Shown: piece after piece, positions 49,251-63,190 of the stretch
Numbering within the stretch: position 1 is the first letter of the stretch
Layout of the letters: each line of letters opens with the position of its first letter
From: Octopus vulgaris
Taxonomy: Eukaryota
NCBI GenBank assembly: GCA_951406725.2
Contig: OX597820.1
Span: 73,594,001 to 73,658,000 of the forward strand
Reading direction: 5' to 3'
DNA: 64,000 nucleotides
Translations under genes and position numbers: made by a program
Notes under the pieces: model-generated
Told to the model about the DNA's origin: nothing
Database searches by the model: none
The model's input: the letters and a program-made list of their open reading frames with translations, nothing else

Positions 49251-52200
49251 GAGTGAAAACCCCTTCAGCAAGTTTGACTGTGTAGTTAAGAAGCTCATTT
49301 GCAACCATGTGATTTCAGGTTCAGTCCCATTGCATGACACCTTGGACAAGTGGCTTCTATCACAGCCCTGGGTCAACTAATGCCTCACGACTGAATTTGG
49401 TAAATGGAAATTGTGTGGAAGTCTGTTTCGCATGTGCGCATGTGTGTGTGCATGCATGCATGTGTGTATGTGTGCATGCATGTGTATGACTGTGTTTGTG
49501 TATGCCACCCTTCTGTGTGACAACTGGTGCTGATTTGTTTATACCACTGTAACTTAGCAGTTCAGCAAAAGAGACTAATAGAATAGGCTCCAGACTCAAA
49601 CAAGACCATCCGTACTTGGATCGATTTATTCAACTAAAATCCTTCAAGGCAATGCTCCAGTATGGCCACAGTCCAATGACTGAAGGTTAGAAAAGATACA
49701 AATATATAAGGATTTTATGTGGGGCATTTGGTGAAAAGAAAATGGAAGAGATAGAAACCTGTAATACAGAGAACTATTTTTTTATTTCTTTATTGCCCAC
49801 AGGGGCCTAAACATAGAGGGGAAAAACAAGGACAGACAAAGGGATTAAGTCGATTACATCTACCCCAGTGAATAACTGGTATTTATTTAATTGACCTTGG
49901 CAGAATTTGAACTCAGAACGCAACAGCTTACGAAATACCGCTGAGCATTTCACCCAGCATGCTAACGATTCTGCCAGCTTGATTCCACAAGATTCCAGGC
50001 CAGAAAAAGTTCCAGCTGGATGTCAGGTAACATGATAATGTATTGTTTTGTTTTTTGGGTTTTTTTTTTTAGTGCTAGGGCTCATAAGGCTGGTTATCAG
50101 GGTTCTCCAGTATATAAGTGACCAAAACCAAAACATTGCCCCTGAACATGATGCCAATACATTCCGAGGTTCAAGGCCAGTAGTCTTTGTAGGTAGGGGT
50201 CATGTAGATTGCATTGACCCCAATATCGACTGGTACTTTATTTTATGAACTCTAAAAGGATTGAAGGCAAAGATGATCTTGGTGGGGTTTGAACTTAAGG
50301 CATAAAGAGCCAGAAGAAATGCTGCTAAGCAATTTGTCTGACATATTACCAATTCAGCCAACTTGCCATGTTAATACACAGAGCCATAAAAGCTAAAAGA
50401 CAAGTGTGATATGAGTGAATGTCAGGAGGAATCAAAGAACAATATCATATAGCTAGAAAAGTTAGACAACTAAGGATGGAGAAAAGCCAAAATCAAGGGA
50501 TTTGCTAGAAATTTGCGATCAGAGGTGAGAGGTATTTCAGATAGCAGAGTGTCAGTGCAAAAAATGGTTAATCAAAATTTTGTTAGGTAAAAGTATATTC
50601 AAAATTCTTCTTTTCTACTCTCGGCACAAGGCCCGAAATTTATGGAGAGTGGGCCAGTCAATTAGATTGACTCCAGTATGCAACTGGTACTTAATTTATT
50701 GATCCCAAAAGGATGAAAGGCAAAGTCCACTTCAGTGGAATTTGAGCTCAGAATGTAAAGACAGATGAAATACCACTAAGCATTTCGTCCAGAGTGCTAA
50801 TGTTTCTTATTTCTTTATTACCCACAAGGGGCTAAACATAGAGGGGACAAACAAGGACAGACAAAGGGGTTAAGTCAATTACATCGACCCCAGTGCATAA
50901 CTGGTACTTAATTTATCGACCCCGAAATTATGAAAGGCAAAGTCGACCAAGGCAGAATTTGAACTCAGAAAGCAAAGACAGACGAAATACCACTAAGCAT
51001 TTGCCCAGCATGCTAACGTTTCTGCCAGCTCACAAGGCTTTGGTCAGCCCGAGGCTATAGCAGAAGACACTTGCCCAAGGTAACACACAGTGGGAATGAA
51101 CCTGGAACCATGTGGTTGGTAAGGAAGCTACTTAGCACACAGCCACTCCTGCACCTATACATAAGTTTTGAATTAAAATCTTCCAGTCACAATTTATGTT
51201 CCTAACACTAGCTGAATGATAACTAAGTTATTTTATTAAATTCTTTGTTATATTTAAAGTAATTGAAAGAAATACAGAGCATCTCAAAATAAATACGGAA
51301 ACAAAAAGGTTAAAGAAGTTTCAAATGTAGAAACAAAGCCTACAATCAAGAGGTATCAGTGTAAACATGGTAAAGATTGAAGTTTTAGTAAGAAAGAAAG
51401 AAGACCAAACCTGACAACTATCAGGGATGTGGCCAGGCTCAATATGCAGAACCCTAACACTTTATTTTGCAATCTGATCTCTGATAGGTAACATGATAGT
51501 GAAATGCATCTGTAGATAGAGCCACATAATGAATCAATGTGATCTATGGACACAGAAGAGATGTAGGGGAATCAAAGATAAGGTTGTCAATGAATAAAGA
51601 GTTCGTTTGTTGTTGATGCACAGGAATAATTAGCAGTCAAAGCACCAGTAAGATAAATTTCTTCCAAACTCAGAAGACTCCACAGAGAAGGAGTGCTTCC
51701 TGAAAGTAATTCCATCAATAAAAGAGAGTGGAAAAATTTAGGGATTTATTACTGCTACTAACAGGAGCTTCTATCTTCAACTAAAGAAGAGATAGGATGA
51801 TGTTTGTGTATGATCTGTAATACAGAGGGCTGTGCAAAGGACAGCTAAGGAAGCAAACATACTTCACTGAATATCTACTATTTGTATGTGTGAATGATGT
51901 GATATAGATAAGTTGAGCAAAAAGATGGGTATAAAACAAATCAAATGAGTGAATTTCTACTGACATGTAATCATCATCATCATCATCATGAAGCATGAAA
52001 TATTTTTCCATAGCCGAACATGTTTTCACTGAAGATTGAAAGCAAAGGACGTTGTTCATATGATGAAACGTATTTACAAGTATCACGTAAAGTCAAGCCA
52101 AGGAGACAAGGAACATATACATACACATATACATTTATATATAAATATATAGAGAGAGGAGACCTCCTTCGGTCATGAATGACCATGGGATTGCGCCTAG

Positions 52201-53338
52201 AAAGTTACCCTTCGATGCAAAAGTTCGGGCAAGGTTGTTTGTGGAAGGCCAGCACTCACCCATGCATACCAGCCTCCCCTTTTCACACCACTGATGTTAT
52301 CCAAGATAAAGGCAAAGGCCGATACAGCTTGGCACCAGTGATGTCGCAACTCATTTCTACAGCTGAGTGAACTGGAGCAACGTGAAATAAAATGTCTTGC
52401 TCAAGAACACAACACAGTCCGAGAATCAAACTCACAACCTCACGATCATAAGCTCAACACTCTAACCACTGAGCCATGCACCTTCACTATATATATATAT
52501 ATATATGATGGGCTTCCACACAGTTTCTGTCTACAAAATTCACTGATAAGGGCTTTAGTCAGTATGGAATAATAGTAAACACACTTGCCCAGAGTGCCAT
52601 GCAATAGAACTGAACCTGAAACCATGTGGTTGGGAAAGCAAACTTCTTATTACATACCCATGCTGGCACCTATTTTGATCTTTGAACTCATGTCCTCTTG
52701 CTTAAGTACAATGAATTGCTCCTAACACACAACACCTATCTCAGCTACACTTCCCTTCCAAGTGTTGCCAAATAATATAATTAAAGGTTGTAAAAATTAA
52801 TGAAAGAAAAGCATTGTAGCTTGCTTGAAGTTAAATTACAAAATGGTGAAAATGAGGAGCTTTTTATAATGTTGAAAGGAGAAAATTAATAATTTTTATA
52901 TATTTCAGGCACAAAGGCCTATCATCAGAAGTAAAGATTCAGGAAAAGTTTGTCTATATAGTATTAGCCATATTGACTGGCACTATACAGACTAACGTAT
53001 CTTGACAGCATGTTTCCGATGATGGGCCTTTGTGTCAAAAATATTAAGATTATTAAATTTCGATTCCAGTTGTCTATATAGGTAGAAATATTATCTTACT
53101 TGGAAACAGGTGAGAGGTGGAAACAGGTATATAGTTGTAGAAAAAATCCACCATCTGATCCATGAAAACGGGAAAAAATGGACATTAAAATGATGATAAT
53201 GGTTGTGGTGATTGTGATAATGATGATGGTGGTGGTGGTGGTGATTAGTGTTATTTTGTCTCCTTAATTTTCTTAGTACAGTTGGGCTACAGCTTGTGAG
53301 CCATAGCCAGTTGACACATTTCTCAGGGGCTTTGTTAA

Positions 53339-53667
53339 CCCTAACCCCATCCACAATAACATATTAACCCCACTGCTTCTCCTGTGCACCATATGTGACA
53401 TAGTCCCCTGGCATCAATAACATAACCCCACTGCTTCTCCTGTGCACCATATGCTTCTCCTGTGCGTATACAAGACATAGTCCCTGGCGTCCATGCATCC
53501 AATACGATGCAGTTTCCCAATATTTTTCAACCACTAGAATAACTTAGGACTTAGGAAAGGAAAGCCTTGCATTGTTCAAAACATTTGCAACAAGAACTAA
53601 CAAAAAATCTGAAAAGAAGCATGGATGTTTAAACAAACTTAAGAAAATGCTTTGGACGGGCAAAGGG
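53339..53667. mobile_element. Probable piggyBac-type MITE with internal tandem duplications
   Basis: TTAA|ccctaaccccatcca ... tggacgggcaaaggg|TTAA; internal repeats of ccactgcttctcctgtgcaccatatg. Confidence 0.55.
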
Positions 53668-55752
53668 TTAATGAAGCAAAACTTTTAAGAGTTCTGTGAA
53701 CACACATCTTGTTAGATTTTTGGCATACAACTTGTAGACGCAAGTGCTACCAGTTGAAAGCCCTGCATACCAAATGCTAGCAGGCTTATGGGGGTCATCA
53801 GGAGAGAATGTGTACTGTTTCGGGACCTTCCTCTGAACAGCATAATCACCAAGATGAGGCCCTGTTTGCTAAATCAACTGGTTTCATTTAATACTCTTCT
53901 AGCCATTGCTCATCGTCTCTCAATAACCAAATCCAGTAGCTTGCCATCTTCATTGTATTCTGGATATCACTCATAATGGTATTTTAACATTAACAGTGTA
54001 TTACATAATTTAAGGGCAATACTCTGTATGTCCTTGCCACATTGTACATTTTCACAAATGTCACAGCAGTTCAGTGTTGTTTACAATTATCTTCTCAATT
54101 TAACATTTTCAGTTCAAGATTAGGGATTTTAAAGCTTTAAATTTGTAAAATAAACTCCACTTTTTATCCTCCAGGTTTACATTAAGTAGCTTTTTATTAT
54201 CTTCCTGTTACCATACTGAAAAAGCAATGGTTCAAATAAATGACAAAAATCTTGCTTTATTTGAACATAAACCATATACTGGCATGGCAGAAACCTTATC
54301 TATTAAAAAAAAAAAAACTTCCATTAACACGACTAACGAATGATAAGCTCTAAATATTGTCTTCAGGCAAGTTATGAAATCTTTCATATAAATTGCCTGA
54401 AGAATATTCAACAAGAAGTATTAAAACTGTTATATATAATCAATTTTACAACTTGTTGTTTGTAATTTTGTATTATTTGTTCGAAGTATTTTTCCTGCAA
54501 ATAAAAATTATCAAGAAAGTATATTTTTTATAAAAAAATATGGTTTCTTTTAATATAAAAGTGTAAAGTAACTTATTGGATGCATTCAATATAAACTCTA
54601 CACATTATTTTCTGTATTACACAGTTTTATAACCAAATATATTGTATCCTACCTGTTTGATGCTATTATTATTATTATTATTATTATTATCACTATCATT
54701 ACCATTATCATGATTATTATTATTATTATCATCATCATTAACATCATTATCAGTATCATCACCACCATCTTCATTATCATTACTACCATTATTATATTCT
54801 CTTTGTTATGATATTCTGATATCAAACTAGCTTTATGTATGAAATGGGAAAATGCCAAGAGACTGTGAAAAAACATCAAAGTATTTTTTAATGCGAATTA
54901 AACCTGAGGACAGTACCTTGGGGCCCAGCTGTCTCTCCCCAAATTTTTCCTTCTCTACATCAATAATTTACAACTACATCTAACAACAACCATTCTTAAT
55001 GTAGATAATACCACACTCCACTCCACTTTCTCTTAGCTTCTATTTACTTATAAATCCTCTGCCTCATGAAGCTGGAACGTATTTTGCAGACGTACATAGA
55101 CTACATGACCAGGGAGGCTTAAGAGATATTCATGACCAGGGAGGCTTAAGAGATATTCATGACCATAGTTTGCTGCTACAGAACATGAAATTAAAGCTAC
55201 CAAACTCCTACCAAAAATGCCAAGACTTATACTGTTTTTAATTTTTATTTTTGTAGCAGGAGGGTAATAAAATACAGATGCTCTTACCTCGAAATGAAAT
55301 CAGACCAGAATATCCAGCTTCACTTCACAAGAATCAGCAGAACTCAATAGTCATACCCACGTGTGTACACTAGCCCAGCCTCAGGCCAGACACTACTCTC
55401 CTTAGAAGATCCCTTACCCATGTTTGTTCCCTTTAACTCCCTGATGAAGAAAGAGGCTGTTCTTCGAATACCCAGCTTCTTGATGTGATGTCACTTCTAC
55501 TCGCTCCTGGTCCTCACATCCCACTTTCTCCCACACTCCATACCCGATGTCTTCCTTCGCTCCTCCACACCATGTTATACTTGTTTCAGTCATAGGGCAG
55601 CAGCCTGAAGGGTTAGGGTTGAACAAATTCTCGCAGTTCTTATGTTATTATTAGTCTCCTACCTATTATATAGGTCCCTTTTACCAAACTGCTGGGTTAT
55701 ACAAATATAAACAAACCAACACCAGTTGTTAAGCAGTATATATATATATATA

Positions 55753-56150
55753 TCTTTATATATAAAACTAAAGTTGTGTGTCTGTCTCCTACGATTTAGA
55801 TTCCTAACTACTCCCACATTTTGCGGTGCAGTTTAACCAAAACCGGGTATCTTATAGTCGTGATTCATATCAAGCCCTTCTGGGTATTAGCGCACGTCTA
55901 TGATGAGTCTATGATTAAAAAAAAAATTTACCATCATTTGTTTCCATTTTAATGCATTTTTTCGCTATTATATAAGAGAAGTAACTCTCTAAAAATGTTT
56001 ATGATGAGTCAACGATTTAAAAAAAAATTTACCATAATTTTTTTTCCATTTTTAATGCATTTTTTTGCTATTTTTTGGCTATAACTCTCTAAAAATGCTT
56101 ATATAGTTATTTCCCTTACAAACCCGAGCAACGCCGGGCGATACTGCTAG
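55753..56150 (+). mobile_element. Non-autonomous Helitron
   Basis: A|TC start, CTAG|T end, GC-rich subterminal hairpin cccgagcaacgccggg (56123-56138), inserted in a TA run; internal ~100 bp tandem duplication. Confidence 0.85.
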
Positions 56151-57494
56151 TATATATATATCATCATCATCATCATCATTTAACGTCCATTGTCCATGAT
56201 GGCATGGGTTAGACAGCTTGACGAGAACTGGCAAGCTGGAAGGCTGCACCAGACTCCAGTCTGTTTTGGTATGGTTTCTACAGCCAGATGCCCTTCCTAA
56301 TGCCAACCACTCCGAGAGTGTAATGGGTGCTTCTATGTGTCACCAGCATGGGTACCATTTGTATGACATCAGTATCTGCCACGACTGCAGTTTTACTTGG
56401 CTTGATGGATCTTTTCCTTAAGCACGACATGTGTGTGTGTATTTGTGTGTGTGTGTATCTTTTAAGTTCGTTTACAGGAAAAATTTTTGAATATGCTTAT
56501 AAAAGCTCCTGTTTTATCATGTTGGCTACAGCCTAGTGAGACCAACAGGCAATAGCAGTTTTATGGGGTTGTGACAAGTTGTGCCAATATAATATAGGAT
56601 AATTATTGTCATAATAATAATAGTAATGATAATAATAATAATAATTCTTTTATTTGTTTCAGTCATTTGACTGTGGCCATTCTAGAGCACTGCCTTTAGT
56701 CAAACAAATCTTTGTAAGCCTAGTACTTATTCTAGTGGTCTCTTTGCCAAACTGCTAAGTTATGGGGATGTAAACACACCAGCATCGGTTGCGAAGCGAT
56801 GATGGGGAGGAGGGACAAACACAGACACACAAACAAGCATACACACATATATATATGTATGACAGGCTTCTTTCAGTTTCTGTCTACCAAATCCACTCAC
56901 AAGGCTTTGGTTGGCCTGAGGCTATAGTAGAAGACACTTGCTCAAGGTGCCTCACAGTGGGACTGAACCCAGAATCATGTGGTTGGTAAGCAAGCTACTT
57001 ACCACGCAGCCACGCCTGCGCCTATAATAATAATAATCCATGGATGGAATTTAGAAATATTTTAATGCAATATATATGAACCTCCCTCTCTCTCTCTCTC
57101 TCTCTCTCTATCTAGGCTCTCTTTCATCTTTCTCTCCCGAACTGAGGTAGCAACTGATCTCCTCTACTGCAAGACACCTATTCCCATTCCTCTATTCCTA
57201 CTCTAACTTCTCCTCACCAGTTACTAAGCCACCTTCATCAATACCACTCCCCACTTTCTGTTGAGGGATCTTTGTGTAGCAAGTTACTTAGTGGCCACCA
57301 TTCACCAACCCATCCACAGGTGCTGGTGCCATGTAAAAGGCACCCAGTACACTCTGTAAAGTGGTTGATATTAAGAAGAGCATCCAGCCATAGAAGCCTT
57401 ACCGAAGCAAACAGTAGAACTGGGGGCACAGTCTTCTGACTTAGCAGTTCCTGTCAAACCACCCACCCCACGCCAGCATGGAAGGAGGGCTTTA

Positions 57495-57835
57495 AATGAC
57501 GATGATGATGATGAGGCTGATGATGATGATGGGGATGATGACAATGATGATGAAGATGATGATGACAATGACCATCATCATGATAATGATGATGATTGAT
57601 CATAATCATGATGACTGATGATGGTGAGGAGGAGGGGGAGGGTGAAGAGGAGGAGAGGAAGAGGATGAAGAGGTGGAGGAAGAGGATGAAGAGGGGAGGA
57701 AGGGGTGAAGAGGTGGAGGAAGGGGTGAAGAGGTGGAGGAAGAGGGGGAGGAAAAGGAAGAGGATGAAGAGGGGGAGGAAGATAGGGAGGGGGAAGAGAA
57801 AGAGGGAAGGAAGAGGAAGAAATGGAGGAGGATAT
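57495..57835. repeat. (GAT)n followed by purine-rich low-complexity minisatellite (gaagaggtggaggaagaggat-like units)
   Basis: Directly visible tandem GA-rich units. Confidence 0.9.
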
Positions 57836-60058
57836 GAGCACACACGTGTGTGTGTGTGTGTGTATTTATTTATTAGCTGAGAAGAGAAACTGTTAATATG
57901 CAATATTAAAGAATGCAAATAATGTTTTTTAATGTTTATTTTCCCAATTAATGCGCTATGATTTAGCTTCGACAGCACTTATCTATATGAACACATATGT
58001 AAAGGCAATAAACATCTTTCTCTCCAAGATAAGAATGTAATATTGAGATATCAGAAGATAATACAGAGACCTTGTTATTGTAAATTATTCAACACCTAAG
58101 TCGCCACACATTGCATTCTTTATAACAAAATATTCCACATACACTTACCACATTAGTTTGACTATTTTTCAACCAGAATATCAAAGACCGTTGGAAAATC
58201 AATGATGTTTTTAATAGTAAGTTCTAAGCTGGAAATTCTCAAATAAAATTTATTACAAGTTTGTTTAAAATGTGCTTTTTAGTTCCTTTCATCTTGAAGC
58301 AGACTATTTATTAAAATTTTTTTACTAAAGCACAAAGTTAATATCATTTTCATATTTTATTTTCTTATTTATTTTCTGTATTTTAATGCCAAAGAAACAA
58401 AAATTCTTCAGAATGTTTATTTTATATGTTTGCCGATATATGTGTTGTTTAAGAAACTGATAAAGTTACACATCATGTTATTTTCGTTCAGGTGTGCTTG
58501 AAAGGGATGGGGGATTATACTCTTTAAACTGGAATTGGTATCCATTCATGTCACTGCACTTGTTTACAATTGAATGATTTAACTTTCAGGTTTCAGAAAC
58601 TGCTACATTAATGATCATTTTTTTTTTCTTCCTATTTTGCTGTGTTATCAGGAGAATGAACAAGTGGGTATTTCTATGTTTGTCTATGTGTGTGTGTGAG
58701 GGAATGCTTATGTCTGTAATGATGATGAGGATGAGGTGGAAGAGGAGGAGAGGGATTACTTTTCACAAATTATTACAACATTACTTCTAGCAATATTAAT
58801 ATGAAACTTAAAGTGGCAAGCTAGAACCGTTAATATGCCATGTAAAATGTTTAGCAGCGATTTCTCGGTCTTTACATTCTGAGTTCAAATTCAGATGAGG
58901 TCGACTTTGCCTTTCGTCCTTTCAGGATCGATAAATTAAGTATCAGTTGTATACTAGGGTTGATCTAATCGACTGACCTCCACCAAAAAAATTTCAGGCC
59001 TTGTGCCTAAACTAGAAAAGAATATTTGATTAACTTAGCCGGAGAGCTGGCAGAAACGTTAGCATGCTGGGCGAAATGCTTTGTGGTATTTCATATCTTT
59101 ATGTTCTGAGTTCAAATTCCACCGAGGTCGACTTTGCCTTTCATACTTTCAGGGTCGATAAATTAAGTACCAGTTGCATACTGGGGTCAATCTATTCGAC
59201 TGACCCCCTCCCCAAAAATTCCAGGCTTTGTGCCTAGAGTAGAAAAGGAAATAAGCACCACTTGAGTACCGAGGACAGTATAATCAACTAGACTACCCCT
59301 GAACTTGGCCTTCAGCCAAAATTTGAGGCATAAAAAAAACATTCGAGCGAGGTTGTTGCCAGTGCCACTGGACTGGCTCCTGTGCAGGTGGCATGTAAAA
59401 AATGCCATTTGAGCGTGGCCGTTGCCAGTACCGCCTGACTGGCCCTCATGCTGGTGGCATGTAAAAGCACTCACTACACTCTCAGAGTGGTTGGCTTTAG
59501 GAAGGACATCCAGCTGTAGAAACTCAGCCAGATCAGATTGGAGCCTGGTGCAGCCATCTGGTTCGCCAGTCCTCAGTCAAAACGTCCAACCCATACTAGC
59601 AAGGAAAGTATACATTAAATGATGATGATGATGATTAACTCTGAAATGAATCATAGTTTCTTTTCTTTCACACCTCACATCGACCATAAAAGTCCTGCCA
59701 AAATGTGAGGAGTGAGATCATTCCTCATTTGTTATGCAAATAACAGCATTCTCCGACTTTAAATTTGTTTGAAAAAATGGGATCGTCATAGATAGAATAC
59801 CTTTGATTATATGTCTTTTCACTGGAGGAGTACCTAGGGCTAAACAACTTGGGAATACGTTGCACAAGGAAATCATTATATAGATCTATTTCTGTATATA
59901 GATCGTTGCTGTGTGGTAAGTAGCTTGTTTACCAACCACATGGTTCTGGGTTCAGTCCCACTGCGTGGCACCTTGGGCAAGTGTCTTCAACTATAGTCTC
60001 AGGCCGACCAAAGCCTTGTGAGTGGATTTGGTAGATGGAAACTGAAAGAAGCCCGTCG

Positions 60059-60114
<56 letters not shown>

Positions 60115-61489
60115 CGTGTGTGTGTATGTTTGTGTGTCTGTGTTTGTTCCCCCAACATCGCTTGACAACTGATGCTGGTGTGTTTACATCCCCATAACTT
60201 AGCAGTTTGGCAAAAGAGACCGCTAGTATAAGTACTAGGCTTACAAAGAATAAGTCCTGGGGTTGATTTGCTCGGCTAAAGGTGGTGCTCCAGCATGGCC
60301 ACAGTCAAATGACTGAAACAAGTAAAAGAGTAAACAATTTGTCAATGCTTGGAACCTAGTACCATAATAGAGAAGCAGAAAATTCCTGAGACTATGACAA
60401 AATCACTTTGCAGTGTTTGTCCTGAGTTGAAAGCCAGCTAGGGTCCACTTTGACTCTTGCTGTATTTAGGGGTTGATAACTGGCAGTCTGTCGGTTACAA
60501 GGATGTGTGTTCCAGTTGATTTGATCAACAGAATAGCCTCTTCAGGAAATGAATGTGCAAGTGGCTCAGCACTCTACAGACACACGTACCCTTAATGTAG
60601 TTCACATGGAGATTCAATGTGACAAGGCTGATCCTTTCAATTACATGTACAACTCATTTGTGCCAGCTAAATGAAGTGGAGCAATACAAAATAAAGAGTA
60701 TCTTCCTCAAGGACAGGATGCACTGCCAGATATCGAACTCACAGCCTTATAAACATGAGCTGAATATCCCTAACCACTAAGCCACATGCCTTCACAGGGG
60801 TTGATAAAATAAAGAGCCAGTCCAGAGTGGAATAATAAGAGCATCAGGTGATATGCCTTGCAGTATCATTTCTGTCTCTCTGTGTTCTGAGTTCAATTCC
60901 CATTAAAGTCAACTTCTCTATTTGGGGGTTGATAAAATACAGTTCTAGTCCAAAATGGGATAGATAGTATAAACCTCAATGTTTTTGAAGTTCTTTTGGT
61001 GAATAAAAAATTATTATTATTATCATTAATCATTGTTATTGAGTGAGAGAGCAATATATTGCCGTCAAAGTGACACTGGGGTAAAATATACAAAGCCCAG
61101 TACACCCATCATGAGTACCCAGATGATAAGGGTACACCAGGTACATGCTTCACAACTATATGTGCACAACATAGTGATCTCATATCAAGATAAACAGCAC
61201 ATGATCTTGCAGGTGGTGCCCAGTTAGAATTTTCTTCAGGTTGAGGAGACCATCCCGCTCAAAAGGCCCGTTATTAATCATTAGCATGCCAGACAAAATG
61301 CTTAGTGGCATTTAGTCTGTCTTCACATTCTGGGTTCTAATTCCACTGAGGTCAACTTTGCCTTTCATCCTTTCAGGGTCGATAAATTAAGTACCAGTTG
61401 AACAGTGGGGTTGATGCAATCCACTAGTCCCCTCCACCAAAATTTCAGGCCTTGTGCCTATAGTAGAAAGGTTTATTATTATTATTACA

Positions 61490-61980
61490 TTTTACTTCTC
61501 AGAACTCTCGATTTTACTTGCTCTGGTTAATTCTTTGAGAGTGGACAGCAAGTTGTTGTCACAGGTCTCACAGGGTCTCTTTCCACAATACTTAATACCC
61601 AAGTACCAATCTCAAAATCCTCACTGTCCACAATAGAACAATTCTTAGCAATATTAGTTAGCAGGGATGTTGTCTTGGAGTTTGGTGACAAGTTTCCTCA
61701 AACCTAAAGAATTTTTCTGTAGGATTCTTGCAGAATACAGCATTGAATTTTTCTGTAGGTTGACTATGCAAATCTCAATTCCAATATCTTTCACCCACTT
61801 AAGAAGCAGAATTGGTCTTGTGCCAAATGAACCAATTACCACAGGATTAAGTGCCATTTTAATCTTCAACAATCTTTTCATTTTCCCAGCTAAATCCTGA
61901 TATTTCTCAATTTTTTTCAATTTCCTTGGTAACCACTTAGTTATATGGTATTGCACAGTCTACAATCTTACACTTTGTTT
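61490..61980 (-). mobile_element. R4/Dong-like endonuclease C-terminal fragment
   Basis: ORF 61654-61956: KKIEKYQDLAGKMKRL...PVVIGSFG...LQKNSMLYSARILQK, a typical REL-LINE C-terminus; adjacent to (ATT)n. Confidence 0.7.
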
Positions 61981-62003
61981 ATTATTATCATTATCATTAT
62001 TAA

Positions 62004-62790
62004 GGTAGCGAGCTGGCAGAAACGTTAGCACGCCAGGCGAAATGCTTAGCGGTATTTCGTCTGCTGCTACATTCTGAGTTCAAATTTCGCCAAGGTCGAC
62101 TTTGCCTTTCATCCTTTCGGGGTCGATTAAATAAGTACCAGTTATGCACTGGGGTCGATATAATCAACTTAATCCATTTGTCTGTCCTTGTTTGTCCTCT
62201 CTGTGTTTAGCCCCTTGTGGGTAGTAAAGAAATAAGTATTTCATCTGTCTTTATGCTCTGAGTTCAAATTCTGCCAAGGTCGACTATGCCTTTCATCCTT
62301 TCAGAGTCAATAAATTAAGTACCAGTTATGCACTGGAGTCAATGTAATCGACTTAATCCCTTTGTCTGTCCTTGTTTCCTTGTAAGCAATAAAGAAATAA
62401 GAAACGTTAGCACGCCAGGCAAAATGCTTAGCAGTATTTTATCTGTTTATACGCTCTGAGTTCAAATTCTGCTGAGGTTGCCTTTGCCTTTCATCTTTTC
62501 AGGGTTGATAAATTAAGTACCAGTTGCGTACAGGGTCGATCTAATCGACTGGTCCCCTCCCCCAAAATTTCAGCCTTGTACCTAAAGTAAAAAAGAATTG
62601 TTAGCACGCCAGACAAAATGCTTAGCAGCATTTTGTCTATTTGCACATTCTGAGTCCAAATTCCACCAAGGTCGACTGCCTTTCATCCTTATGGGGCTGA
62701 TAAGTTAAGTACCAGTGAAACACTGGGGTTGATATAATTGACTGGCCCCTCCCCACAAATTTCAGACCTTGTGCCTTTAGTACAAAGGAT
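62004..62790 (+). mobile_element. SINE family C tandem cluster. Others at ~11025-11260, 17440-17880, 58810-59250 (+) and ~30850-31390, 50605-51030 (-)
   Basis: Repeated unit gagctggcagaaacgttagcacgcc.ggcgaaatgcttagc...ttctgagttcaaattccgccgaggtcgactttgcctttcatcctttcggggtcgataaattaagtaccagt, at least 4 head-to-tail units here. Confidence 0.85.
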
Positions 62791-62799
62791 TATTATTAT

Positions 62800-63190
62800 T
62801 ATTTCTTTTTATCACAGATATTGTTGGAACTCCTGGAGTTTTGCATGTGTAACAGGCTTGCTGCCTGTAGCCTATAGTACCATGCTATCCATTCTTTTCA
62901 GCTACCTAATATTTTCCTGATTATTCTGGCCATGCCAAGGAGGCAAACCATTTGTAACAGTTCTACTGAGCATTCTATTCCAATTTTCTTTACATTCCTC
63001 TTGATGCCTTCTGATACTGTTCCCAACGACCCAAAAATAATTACCACTATCTTCCCATTCTTCATTTTCCATAGCCAGGCTATTTCATACTTAAGAGTGT
63101 TGTATGTATCTACCTTTTCCCCTTCCCTCTTGACTATTTGTGAGTCAAAGGAGCATGCAACATCAATTATTATCATTACCTCTACCTTAG
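62800..63190 (-). mobile_element. R4/Dong-like endonuclease C-terminal fragment
   Basis: ORF 62898-63275 includes IIIDVACSFD...EGEKVDTYNTLKYEIAWLWKM...VVIIFGSLGTV...ELLQMVCLLGMARIIRKIL. Confidence 0.75.

Noticed and set aside
53755-53830. Minus-strand GAAA...CTGATGA with an adjacent hairpin
   Set aside because: Order and pairing do not fit any hammerhead topology (stem II partners are not complementary).
57454-57978. ORFs rich in E/R/K/G or P/L/S
   Set aside because: Derived from GA-rich low-complexity repeats.
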